Shown: piece by piece, positions 1-12,613 of the stretch
Layout of the letters: each line of letters starts with the position of its first letter
Numbering within the stretch: the stretch's first letter is position 1
Assembly (NCBI RefSeq): GCF_963506605.1
Contig: NC_083278.1
Location: 63,860,001-63,924,000 of the forward strand
Direction of reading: 5' to 3'
Length of the DNA stretch: 64,000 nucleotides
Source of the DNA: Zootoca vivipara
Taxonomy: Eukaryota
Notes under the pieces: model-generated
Database searches by the model: none
The model's input: only the letters and a program-made list of their open reading frames with translations
Told to the model about the DNA's origin: nothing
Position numbers and translations under genes: made by a program

Positions 1-908
1 TGCATTCACACGATTGGACAAAGATTACTCCGAACAGTAAAAGAAAGTATGGAGATAGACTATTTGCCTTTGTTTTGTTCTAATAATACATTTGTCCATC
101 ATTTTAGGTAATGGATTGAAAATTTGAAAGAATAAGTAAACACCAGTTTTAAATCAACTAAAGTGATAGCTGAATGGCAGTGTGTTGTGTTCTACCTTTT
201 CAGACTAAAGAACCTGAATCTATGGTATGAATCAAAATGGGATCAGTCATATTAATCTCCTAATTGAGTATTTTAAAGAATTGTCTGGTGTCACTCCTCA
301 AACAACAATCCTTCCTGGACTGGATTTGTCATTAATCTTTCATCACAATGTAGCATGTAATGATGCAATATATTTTTATTCGCCAAGGAACTTCCCCTTG
401 ACCTCAGCTTGAAGTTAGTTGATATTTTCAAGTATCATGCCTATTTATTATACCACCCAAATAGCACTGAGTAGAGCTGTTCTGTGTGCTTGCTTTTTAC
501 ATTTTAGGCCATGCAAAGTTCAAGTTAAAATAATTACAGAATATATCTGAGAACTGAGGAAAGAAAAATGTGATGGTCTTAACATTCCAGCACAGGATTG
601 TGCTGGGACATCCACATGATTCTTATCTAAAGTCATCACTTTTTTTTCTTTCTCAACAAAATAGCCCTGAATGTAATATCCAAACATTTCTCTATCTTTT
701 GGTTACTTTTGTAATAATTCTATCAAATATGTTTAGCCTAAACACTGGTGGCTTTTTTAGTTTGAACACAGAAAGTTTATTTTGTGATTAAAGAAAATAG
801 CATCCCACCCTTCTCTTCCTGGTTTAAGTACACTATTGTGACACTTGCTAAGCTTCGTTAAAAGTCAAGATTAAGGGTATAATTTTAGAGAATCCTATTC
901 CTCTCTAT

Positions 909-1234
909 GGGACCTAGGTGGCACTGTGGGTTAAACCACAGAGTCTAGGGCTTGCTGATCAGAAGGTTGGCGGTTCGAATCCCTGTGTGAGCTCCCGTTG
1001 CTCCTGCCCACCTAGCAGTTCGAAAGCACATCAAAGTGCAAGTAGATAAATAGGGACCGCTCTGGCGGGAAGGTAAACGGCATTTCAAGCAGCTTTGTCA
1101 TGCTGGCCACATGACCTGGAAGCTGTCTGCGGACAAACACTGGCTCCCTCGGCCTATAGAGCGAGATGAGCGCCGCAACCCCCGAGTCGGACACGACTGG
1201 ACCTGATGGTCAGGGGGGCCTTTACCTTTACCTT
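909..1234 (+). mobile_element. Sauria SINE (lacertid type)
   Basis: tRNA-like head (GGTGGC.CTGTGGGTTAAACC ... GGTTCGAATCCC), body and (ACCTTT)n tail; 13-bp TSD TATTCCTCTCTAT at 896-908 and 1235-1247. Confidence 0.9.
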
Positions 1235-2847
1235 TATTCCTCTCTATACAGTGGTGTCAACTTGAAAATTGAGGGCCCCACGTATAATTGATCACAAGAT
1301 GCAGCACACTCACACCATTTGAATGGCAATGCCCATCAACTTAGGGGGGCAGCCCCCTCAAATATTTTATGGAGGGGCAATGGGACCCCAGCCCACAGGA
1401 GTTGGCTGATGTTGTGAAAATATACTATCTGGTTGTCACAAGTTTTTTGGGCACCCTGGGCAGATTTGGAATTCGGAGATTGTGACATTGGCAGCAGTCA
1501 CCAAACAAAATGTTTAGACTACAATTCCCCTCAGCCCCAGGCAATATGGCCAGCAACATTTGGAGAGCACCAGACTGGGCAAGGCTGACTTAGTCTAACA
1601 CTCTCTAAAAAGTTACGATTGACCTGCCACCTAAAGGCAGCTATTTATCTCCCCACTTTTCCCGCAAATGTAACAAGCAAAAGAACTTTAAAATAAACTT
1701 GTGTCTTATGACCAGTTTGCTGAAACTTGGAAACTTTCTTCAAGTCTCAGTGCCGAACTTTATATTTCATCTATACTCAATAAATTTGAGTTTTACAAGA
1801 TTTCTTCTTCTTTGACTCACGTGGCATATAGAACATTAAATCACAGCAATTTAATATGTTGGAAACTAACCTAAACTCACATTTCCTAAAACCTTCTACA
1901 GAATTCTTTCAGTGTGACAGCAGTTAAGATAAAAGTTAACAGGGAAATTACACAGATAATTCTTCCAAGAAGAATAAAGCTGAGTATCCTAAAATATAGA
2001 TAGAGCTAAGCAATGAAATGTACAACTGTAAAACATATGAAAGGAAAGCTGTTCCACTGTGATTTATATTGTAAAACCATATATTTATTAGGTTTGTGTC
2101 TTTCCTTGTTAAGGGAAAGGGAGCTCATTTTATTACCACAGCATACCTTATTTACATTGTGTATATAAAGGACTGTGGTTTATGTCAGACTGAAACAAGT
2201 GGTTTTCCATAAATTGCAATATATGTAAAATATAAAGATTTCTTTGATGGTTGATACTGTTGATCTTTGATTATGGAACTTCCCCTTGGTCAGTTCCTGA
2301 AACAGGAGAAATGCCTGAGAAATGTCTTTAGCTTTATTATCTTAATTCTCTTCCCCTGTTTTACTCATGTTGCTGCTGGTGAGAGCATATTTGATATCTC
2401 TCTCTGTGTGTGTGGTTTTATTTTTAAGAGTAGCCCACATGCTCAAACATTGACAGAATGCTCAGGTCATAATATTGACTATATTAGAGCTGGGCTAAGT
2501 GATTCGTCACATAGACCTCCTTACATTTCCTTTTTAGAGTTTGCATTGAAAGCCTGGCGATGGGATGAGGGTTCTCGCTCTTCCTTATTGTAAAGAACGA
2601 GAGTGCTGCAGAGCTGCAGGCTTAGAAGAATTTTCCCGGCAGGCTCTTTCCCCCTTTTAAGCTTTCCACTACTTTTTGAGGCCTGCAGTGATGGCTGGTT
2701 GCCAGTAGTGGTATCAAAAAAACTGCAGCTTTAAAAATCAAACCGGAGGGTGGCTCTTAGCCACTTGTTAATCTTGTGTTGAACACCTTTCAGTGAATTG
2801 CCATTTAGGCTGGTTCTTTCGGAGAATTCATTAGCGATCCTGTGGGT

Positions 2848-2848
<1 letters not shown>

Positions 2849-2899
<51 letters not shown>
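2849..2899. repeat. (CT)n microsatellite
   Basis: Direct. Confidence 0.98.
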
Positions 2900-2902
<3 letters not shown>

Positions 2903-3482
2903 GGTATGTGAATGTGGTGTTGTTTGTTTTTGCCTCACTTTGCAGATGCATTTCTAGGCAGCTGCATCTCTCTGTATAAAATGCCCAAGAGCAGCCTTAA
3001 GCCAATTTGCAGAATGGACAATTGATTTAATGGAGTGTGGGTAGGCTTACCCATCCAGTCCTGTGAAAAATGAGCTTGTTTGTTGCAGAGGAAGCATCTG
3101 TAGGGTAAGCAATTCTTTTCTTGTACTTCCTTTGATTCTTGTTAACTCTCCTCTGAGTCTGTTTTCTCCTCTTATGCCTCTTTACACGTACTGTCTTGCA
3201 TTCTTTTAACTGTGTATCTTAAGCACGTTTGAAAGGATTTTGCTCAAAAATGAATATAACTGCATTTTGTGAGCTTCAGCTTTATTATGCCTTTTCATAG
3301 CTTGCTTTCTTCTGATTGCCAAAAGCCTTCAGTCCTGGACTTGCTTCCTTGGAAACAAGTCCCATTTAACTTGCATGGATTAGGATGTCAATATATGGAA
3401 ACAATGTCCTATTGCTTGTAATATTTATAAATTCAAAAAGGTTATAAATACACTGCAGCAGCTTTGCTTTTGCTTTTATCAT

Positions 3483-3484
<2 letters not shown>

Positions 3485-3528
<44 letters not shown>
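3485..3528. repeat. (GT)n microsatellite
   Basis: Direct. Confidence 0.98.
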
Positions 3529-3531
<3 letters not shown>

Positions 3532-5691
3532 AGAGTCAACAATCTAAGAAAATAGATTAGGGGTTTGGGGTGACCAAAGCTTAGAAAATAAACCTGATAA
3601 ATGTCCAGAAATAAGCATTTCAGTCTTCAGATAACAGCATCTTGGAAGTTTCTTCCAAAGGAGTTAGATATCCTTGGAGATAAAGGCAGCCATCTCATAA
3701 TGACAATTCCTTTTAGTTGAAAACTATGTAAAATATTTTTAGGGTGGTATCACTGTTCTTTGGCTTGTGGCATTGAATGGAATAGCCCAAGTCTACAATC
3801 TAAGTGCAAGGCAGAGGCGGGGGCTCAACATTCAGTTGCTCCCTTTGATCCCACATTTGCTTCTGCACCACCCAGTCTGCAAAAGGCAGACTAGTGAGGC
3901 TGAATGGCAAGTGACTTGCCCAAGGTCACAAACTTGAGGCAGAGTGAGATCTGAGCTTTCTGAAACTCCCAACCTTCCAAATCCGTTCGCCTTCAACTAA
4001 CTTAGCTAAAAACATTCAAATCTCATTCAGCTCCTCTAACCCCGCTCAGTTAATTTCAAGAGGCGGATGTTCATTCTGCCCGGCCTTCCAAAAGAGAGAA
4101 GCCACCTCTTACCTCCTGCTTAGGGAGGATAGGTGTCCATTTTCCTCTTCCTTTACCTGATGAACTTGGTAAAGAGGAAAGAAGGGCAATCCCCCCCCCA
4201 AAAAAAACCCTTAGCCTGCCACCACGATATTTTCCTCCACTGTGTTTCTCAGTGCAGTTGTCTCAGGACAGACAGAGGTGAACCCTTTTCACACTTTGTT
4301 CTGCATCAGCATCAGGGTCTTAGATCCTGACTGTCATCTTGAGGTCAGAATGGCTAATGTCAAAATAATGACTTTGCTTCATGCTCCCATTTTGGCACAG
4401 TGTACTATAAATAGGAGCTGCCATATGTAAAGGATACAAACCTATGGAAATGCAGATGTTCATAATTTTCATCATTTATGGATTTAGGGAAAGCATTTAA
4501 ATTGGTGGTGGTTGTGGTGGTAGTAGTACAGTAGAAGTAATACAAAAAAACAAACAAAAACCCAAACAAACCCTAACAATCTCCATGAGTTTGGTTTCAC
4601 AAAACTACTTATGTTTACAATGTCCCATTAAGGTTAATGTCCTTTACCAATAATATTAAAGAGACATTTGAATTTTTATCAAGCTTTGTGTGTACCGTAT
4701 ATGGAAATAATCACTCTGAAATTATCATTTTTAGATGGCAGTTCTCAGGAATGAAGGTAACAAGAAGCAGATGGAGCACACATTCCATGACAGTTTGTGC
4801 TGCTAATAAATTCTGACCAAAGCCAAGGGCTATGGAATTACAAATTGATCCGTAATCCTTTTTGTCTGGTGCTTTCCACAATCCTTGCAACTATAATAGG
4901 GTGCCATTTTTTGCTTCCAGACAAAGCATTCCCCACTAGATGCAAGGTTACAAGATTTTGAATGCTGCATTCCAAACTCTATTGTTGATTAATTAGTGAG
5001 TTGTCTCCACTGCTTGTGTGAGTGAAAGGCAGCTTGCAAAACTGATTTTTCTCTTCCTCCCCTGTAATCCCCCCCCATAACTCTCTCCAGAGGATATGGG
5101 GTCCCTCCTGAACAGGTGAGGGAGAAGGTTTAAAAATTAAGAGAGGGCTCTTGTTTTAGCATGATCTCTGCTACATACGGTATATACCTTTTACATACAC
5201 ATCTGATCAAAATCTCTCTTGCTGTGGGTACTCCACACTTTGTGTTTGTTGTGCTGAACAGTTAAAGCAATATACATACAGTACAATGTATGTATTCCCT
5301 CATTAGTTTGTATAATTAAATGTAACAGTTGGATACAGTTACAGGCTTTACTGAACTTGATCTGTGGCTTTGTATCTGCATTGTCTATCTATGCAGTCAC
5401 AGCTTAGCTGGCTTATTTCACTGCCAAAGAGGCAAGCTCTTTTTTTTTAATGTACAACAGCTAGACTCTTTGTGAATTGCTGCTGGAAAAAATGCAAACC
5501 TGAAGTCTGCTGTATAAATGATTCTGTTTTTAATGCATGTGTTCATTCTGCTCACTACTCTTGCATTTATTTATTTTTTAAAAAATAATCTTTACCTAGT
5601 ACCAAAGCAAAAAAGTTGAATTTTAAAATTATATGCCAATTTCTTTTGGCGGGTCTGGGACCCAATGAGTCTGTATAAGCAGTTTCAAACA

Positions 5692-5906
5692 TAGGTTTGC
5701 CAGACTCAATAGAGGACAGGACTTCTGTGCCTTTAATTGCCCTGCTCTCTTTTGAGTCTGGAAACCTTAAAGAGAAACCAGCAGACCCTTTGCTTGGAAA
5801 TTAAACAAAGGGTCTGCTGGTTTCTCTTTAAGGTTTCCAGACTCAAAAGAGAGCAGGGCAATTAAAGGCACAGAAATCCTGTCCTCTATTGAGTCTGGCA
5901 ACCCTA
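5692..5906. mobile_element. Palindromic hAT-type MITE
   Basis: 101-bp inverted arms, 13-nt spacer, TAGG(G/T)TTGCCA termini, 8-bp TSD TTCAAACA/TCCAAACA. Confidence 0.85.
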
Positions 5907-6549
5907 TCCAAACATCCAGCCAGCCTTAGATTTGTGTTTCCTAAGCTTAAGTATATGGCATGACAAACTGCTTTAGAAACATAAGGTACTTTAAAGAACA
6001 GTTTGTTATATGGCATGAGATGGGGGGTGGGTAGGCAAAACTATTTAATAGTACCAGTAAGTAAATCTTTGGATTCTGGCCCAGATATTTTGTATATATC
6101 ATTTGCATAGAGAGAGTTTTAAAAGATAAAAATTTGCATGGAAAACTTGGAATAGGCCAAGCCTAGGCATTCCTTGTCCTTTTAAATAAAAAGGAGAATT
6201 GAAGTGGGGTGGTACTGGTTAACAGCTGCTTTCAGAGAAACACTGATTTTCCACCAAGCATGCCAGCTAATAGCTCTTATGAGAGGGTTATGCTTAGTGC
6301 AATAATAACCAGTCTAGTGGCCTCCCAGAGACTCGCCATGCTCTGGGGTTCATTCAGTAGTGAATGTGCCACATTGTTCAGCAATGAAACGTCTGCACAG
6401 GCTAAGAGTTACTGACGTTTTGTTTCCTTTTAAAAGTTGAGAAGTAGCAATTATCTCATTTCTTCAGTGATGTAACCAGAATTAGCATTACTACTTCTGG
6501 AAGGAGGCTGATACCAGTGTGAAAACTCTTCATGCCAGAATGATGTGTT

Positions 6550-6903
6550 ATAATAATAATTTATAATAATAATTTATTATTTGTACCCCGCCCATCCAGC
6601 TGGGTTTCCCCAGCTACTCCGGGCGGCTTCCAACAAAGATTAAAATACATTAAAATGTCACACATTAAAAACTTACCTAAACAGGGCTGCCTTTAGGTAT
6701 TTTCTAAATGTCAGGTAGTTGTTTATCTCTTTGACATCTGATGGGAGGGCATTCCACAGGGCGGGCGCCACTACCGAGAAGGCCCTCTGCCTGGTTCCCT
6801 GTAGCTTTGCTTCTCACAGTGAAGGAACCGCCAGAAGGCCCTCGGTGCTGGACCTCAGTGTCCAGGCAGAACGATGGGGGTGGAGATGCTCCTTCAGGTA
6901 TAC
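6550..6903 (-). mobile_element. L2-clade LINE 3' end
   Basis: Minus strand encodes RAFSVVAPALWNALP (L2 ORF2 C-terminus motif), followed by a 3' UTR and (TTA)n tail. Confidence 0.75.
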
Positions 6904-8855
6904 TGTTGAGCTTTTTGTGGGGAGAAGGACAAAAGTTGTGGAGCTTTCTTTAGGGGGAGAGACCATAGTTGTTGAGCTATTTTTAGGCAGAGAGATCAGA
7001 TCAGAGTTGTTGATTGACCAGGGCTGTCCCTGGTCGATCCTGGTCGATCAACAACTCTGATCTGATCTCTTTACCTAAAAAACAGCTCAACAACTATGGA
7101 TGAACAGTGTTCAACATTCAGTGTCTTTTGTCAAGCAGATAGTCTGGGACATCCCCATTTTTCTTTTGAAAATTGATCATTGCATAATTAAAGAGTTGGC
7201 CTATATAGGCGACTTGTTTCCATAGCAACTAAAGGTAAGAAATGTCATTTGGAAGGAGTAACATCAGCATAACATACAGTACATTGTGAATTTAAAAATC
7301 CCTCTTTCTTTTTGCAAAACTATTCATTCATTTGACATGAAAACTGGTGGGGTATATAAGGTGGGCATCAAGGTAGCGGAAACCCAAATTTGTGCATAAA
7401 TGTGGAGTAGTCATCCCTCATTACAAGCTCCATTTCTGCCTTCACCATCACAGATGACATTTCTGTGCCACCACTAACCCTCTCAGTGTTAAGTTTGAGA
7501 CAAGAAGGAAAGAGAATATGCTTGCAATGCAAGATTGAACCTCAGTACTGATCAGGTCATAAATTAGTTACAAATTGCAAAACAGAGGTAAATTTCTAGT
7601 TTATTGAGTTAATCCAGGATAGTCCATTACTTCAGATAAGGGGGAAGGAAGCTTTGTGTCTGCTGCTCCTGAATGTAACTCATGCTAATAGATAAATATA
7701 CTGTACTCTGAAAGTTCCTAATTATGGACCCTTCAGTTACAAAAAAATAGAATCAACAATGTAAAGTGAAAAAGGTGTAGTGTTTTATAGCTGCGGGGAA
7801 ATTTCTGATGCTTACCATGCTATGTCCCTGCTGTGCACGCATAATGAGAGCAGCTTGACCTTTCTGTGTGGTCAGTGTTTTTGCTGTTATTCATTTGTGT
7901 TGGAGACTTTTGTGTGGAAGGCTTTCTTGTGCCCCCATGGGGTAGGGAAAGATCATGGTGGAATGCAGCAAAGCCCTGTGCCACTTGAATGTATTCATGA
8001 ACGTTTAGGGCAGTTGCATTTAAAAATGGCAATTTTGCCATTGCCTCTTAAACTATTTTCACACAGTTGGCTGCTTTATGCCTAAGACAATAAATACAGC
8101 AGTTATATTTAAATCCATTCGAACTAGACAATGTTCTTCATTGTAGATTTTATAGGCATTAGCCAGTTTAACACAGTGCTGTTGGAAACAACTTTAAGCA
8201 AGTGGGCAGGCAGTGGCAGTGGTGGTTGGGGGGGGGGGACTCCTCTTCCTTACTCCACTGCTGCCAACCCATTGACTTAGAGGAGAACTGCTTCAAACAG
8301 CAGTTCTGCTAAAGGCTTTAAGCCTTACTTCCCAGCTGATGAGCAGGGATTAAATTGGGCTGCCTTGGCTGCATGATCCTTTTCCTTGCTGGGAGCAATG
8401 CCCATTGCCAGTGCAGGATTAAATGGTGCCTTCACACCTATCAGTTGGCATCACCAGTGACAGCTGGTGGGTGTGTTTTTAGGAAATGGCCTTGCGGGTC
8501 AATTTTGTCCCATGAGTTGGAGTTTCCCCACTCCTGATTTAACTAGGAGTCCACCAATTTTCTTGGGAGAAAGCTTCAAGGAGTCAGACATGCTTTCGAA
8601 CTGCTTACCTTACTTTATTTCAAACCTTAGAAAAATAGTATCCTAATATATTTTACCTGATCAATTAATAAAGCATTGTAAATAACCTATAATGGTATAT
8701 ATTATCCAGGAACTTGCCATTCCCAAACATTGTTTGTTGAGACCCAAGTTCCAGTAATGTTACCATATTCCAAATCATCTCATATCTATGTAGGATTAGG
8801 AAAATCTTTACCCTACGGTTATATAGCCTCCTTCTAAGAATTCATTCTTTCCATA

Positions 8856-9207
8856 CATAGTTGCCAAGTACCCTGTTTTCCCCGGGAAACCCCCGTTTTT
8901 TCTTACCTTTTCCTGGCGGTCCCCCATATCACTTCGTCTCCCGTTATTCTCCCTTATATTCTCCTGCCGGTGGCCATTTTTTTCCTTCTGATTTGCCCAT
9001 CTATGGGCACCGAAAATGGCCGGCGCCTGCTTTGAAAGTCATGACTACGCATGTCTGGAAGTGCGTAGATGCGACTTTCGAAGCCGGCGCCGGCCATTTT
9101 CGGTGCCCATAGATGGGCAAAGCTACACCAGAAGTTGCATCTATGCAACTTCCGGTGTCACGCGGCTGCCAATCCCGGATTCTGCAGTCCGGGACTTGGC
9201 AGGTATG
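8856..9207. mobile_element. hAT-type MITE with internal palindrome
   Basis: TIR CATAGTTGCCAAGT / ACTTGGCAGGTATG; perfect 8-bp TSD TTTCCATA. Confidence 0.85.
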
Positions 9208-9864
9208 TTTCCATATGCTTATCCATCATCTGTATTTGGACTAACTGGAGGAGAATTAGTAATGTGTGTGGAAGGAGGGTGTATTCTACATAAACATAAC
9301 AAGTCAACATCTTTTCCAAATCTTCTCTCAGGGGGAGTGGGGAATACTTTGAAAACGGAGTTGACCTAAGTGCTGGTGGGTTGAAAAGCTTGTAAGGTAA
9401 GGAATTAGGCTGGAGGCAAGGCTTCAAGCCCAGCTGTTAATTAAAAGTGCAAACTAATCCAAAGGAGTCAACCAGTTTTGGTTGTCATTGGTAACTGGGC
9501 ATTACTGGTGGTTGCCACAAAGCCTTCACATCTTTTATAATTCCAGAATGTGGTGAGGAGGGGATTCAGGGAAGGAGTTAGTTTCACTTCATCTGGGTTT
9601 TGCTTTGTTTTGAGACAAGTAGTGATCCTTCACCTCAAGTCAGAATTGGTTTAGTATATTATGTGGGAAGGAAGACATGTCTCTGTGTTCTGAATTTAGG
9701 GGCAGGCTAAAGCTGGACTTGAACTGCCATAAAGTTGTGGAATAATCTTGTTTGGAAGAGTCATTTGCTTTGTCTTCATGTACAGTTATCTCTGAAGTGC
9801 AGTTAATTGAATGGGAAAGTAAGAATAGCAAAGTCTAGGTGACAGGCCATTTAACTGTTTAGCA

Positions 9865-10116
9865 CATGGGTAGGCAACCTAAGGCCCGGGAGCCGGATCT
9901 GGCCCAATCGCCTTCTAAATCCGGCCCACGGATGGTCCAGCAATCAGCGTGTTTTTACATGAGTAGAATGTGTCCTTTTATTAAAAATGCACCTCTGGGT
10001 TATTTGGGGGGCATAGGAATTCATTCATTTCCCCCCAGAAATATATTGTCCGGCCCCCCACAAGGTCTGAGGGACAGTGGACCGGCCATCTGCTGAAAAA
10101 GTTTGCTGACCCCCTG
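9865..10116. mobile_element. hAT (Charlie-like) MITE
   Basis: CATGGGTAGGCAAC...GTTTGCTGACCCCCTG; TSD GTTTAGCA/GTTTAGCT. Confidence 0.8.
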
Positions 10117-11474
10117 GTTTAGCTGGTGAAGAGACAAGCTAGTCTTTGGTACAAATTTTAAAATTTAAATAAAAAGGCTTATCTCTTCAGCAGCAGAAGT
10201 GATAGCTGTGCAGACTTCAAAGAATAGTAGAGTAATAAATGGAACCTCAGTGATGGTGGTTTGGGAGAATTGAATTCCACAGTAGGAAGCTTTTGGGCAA
10301 GGGGTGAGTGAGGAAGTCTATTGCAGGAAGTCTGCATTTTTATGAACAGAACCATAATCCAGAGTTTACAAAAATAACAAAAGCATTGTGTAAATAAACC
10401 TTTCTAGCATTTCTGTGTTACGATCCTGAGAAAGAAAATCGGGTGACTGACAAAGAACAAACTGGAAATAGATCTTATTGGTGGGAATGTACTCCTAGAA
10501 TTAGCAGTGGTGTTGTCAGTCTGCTACTAGAAGGATAATTTATTTGCTTGCATAGTGCTTTGGAATATAGTGGAAAAATTGCAGATCACAACTGGAATCA
10601 TTTTGGCTATAAGGTTGGGTGGGTGGGGTTTTTCAAGCAGTATTCTGTCAAGAATCTTATTAAACTTTTAAAAGTAAGAAAAGAAGCATTTTCTGCAAAC
10701 TGGAATCAATGTATATCAATGGGTATACAAAACTTGGGTTTTCAGCGTATCAGCAAGATAAAAGCTTTTGTTTTATATAGAAATCTCTGCAGTATGATGT
10801 ACAGGTTTAAATAATCATTGCACTGCATTGCAGAGGGTTATTAATACATTGCCCTGCACTTTGGGGAAGAAGACAGGATGTCCTCTAGAAGATCCTGAGT
10901 CGACTGTAGTTCATTTATGGTTTGTTAAGATTCCTGAAGTAGGAAACTTAATGCTTGCAAATCATTAAATTGAGACCACAATATCCCCCTCAGTCATTTA
11001 TAGTTGATTTGGATTTAGAAAATGTGTATGTTTTTGAAAGCATGGTCAAAGGGGCACTCAAAAAACCATACATTTCTGAAAATTTCAAACAGACAGCTTT
11101 TTAAAATGATAAAAATAAAAATAAAAGAGACTTGCAGCAATAAACAAAACTGAGACCCCATTTGGACAAAATAATATTCTCTTTATAGGATATCCTTTTA
11201 TAAATGTCCACATCTTCCATTTCCTGCTCTGGCAATTCTATGAATCAGAGGTCGTTACATTTAATAGTACTTAAAGGTAACTTTACTGTAGGTTAAAAAG
11301 AAAACTTTTTTGCGAAGTTGCAATAAACCATGTCTATGTGAGAATTTCACATGCTGCCAGTTAAGCTTTTAATGTGAAAACAAAACTACATAAACTGATA
11401 CTCAGTGTGCTAACTCTGGTCCACAGTGTACCACATGGTAATGGAGATCAGCATAGTTGCTGCAGGGTTTAGAC

Positions 11475-11609
11475 CAGGCATCCCCAAACTTCGGCCCTCC
11501 AGATGTTTTGGACTACAATTCCCATCATCCCTGACCACTGGTCCTGTTAGCTAGGGATCATGGGAGTTGTAGGCCAAAAATCTGGAGGGCCGCAGTTTGG
11601 GGGTGCCTG
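11475..11609. mobile_element. Short palindromic hAT MITE (URR1-like)
   Basis: CAGGCATCCCCAAACT...AGTTTGGGGGTGCCTG; GGACTACAATTCCCA core; perfect TSD GTTTAGAC. Confidence 0.85.
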
Positions 11610-12391
11610 GTTTAGACATTGCAGGGTTTAGACATGCTGAATGAGCACACCTGAGCCCTGGCACATACCTTGCAGAAACATGTCCACAGAACAGTTTGAG
11701 ACAACGTCCCTTATGTGACCAGTGTGCATTGTTTGAAATGTAGTTTTTCAATTTCTCTGATTCATATCTTGTATCAGCTTGAGAGTTTCTAAGGTCAATC
11801 ACCTAAACCTGAAGTGATGTCATCAGTCATGAGGCCTATCAGGATCAGGCATGGATTGGCAGGCTCAGACAAATGAGGCGGATGAAGGAGAATTGGGGAG
11901 GGGTGTTGTAGAAACTGGGGTTAGATGATGGAAGTTATCTTGCTACTATGGAACAGGAAGCAGGAATGCTAGCTCTCCCCTCTGTCCTTCAGACAGAGAG
12001 GAGAGCCTCATAGGAGACTAGAGAAGGCCCCAATCAGCTGCTGGCGGTGGGTGGGTGGGTATAAAGTAGAAGGCAGCAAAGGTGAATGCAGCCTTGTCAC
12101 CAAGGACTGATATAGCCAAGGCAAGATAATAGGGTTTTTGATTTACAAACCAGTATGACATACTCACATTCTCTTAATACTTAAGGCATAGATAATATGT
12201 ATGAAGTGATGTTTGAGTATGCACTTTTGCTTAAAAAAACATCAAAAAACAAAACATTGCTGGGTCAGACCAAGGTCCAGCATATTTTGAAATCAATATG
12301 TGATAGTTGGTTTTGTGGGATGGGTTTTAATATGTAGGAGAGGCCATATGCAGGTAAAATACTTATATTTACAGTAGAAACAGTCTTAGCC

Positions 12392-12613
12392 AGGGGTCAG
12401 CAAACTTTTTCAGCCGGGGGCCGGTCCACTGTCCCTCAGACCTTGTGGGGGGCCGGATTATATTTTGGAAAAAAATATGAACGAATTCCTATGCCCCACA
12501 AATAACCCAGAGATGCATTTTAAATAAAAGGACACATTCTACTCATGTAAAAACATGCTGATTCCCAGACCGTCCGCGGGCCGGATTTAGAAGGCGATTG
12601 GGTCGCATCCGGG
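12392..12613. mobile_element. hAT MITE, truncated inverted copy of 9865-10116
   Basis: Reverse-complement homology to 9865-10116. Confidence 0.8.

Noticed and set aside
909-985. tRNA gene-like A and B boxes
   Set aside because: They are the tRNA-derived head of a Sauria SINE and do not form a full cloverleaf
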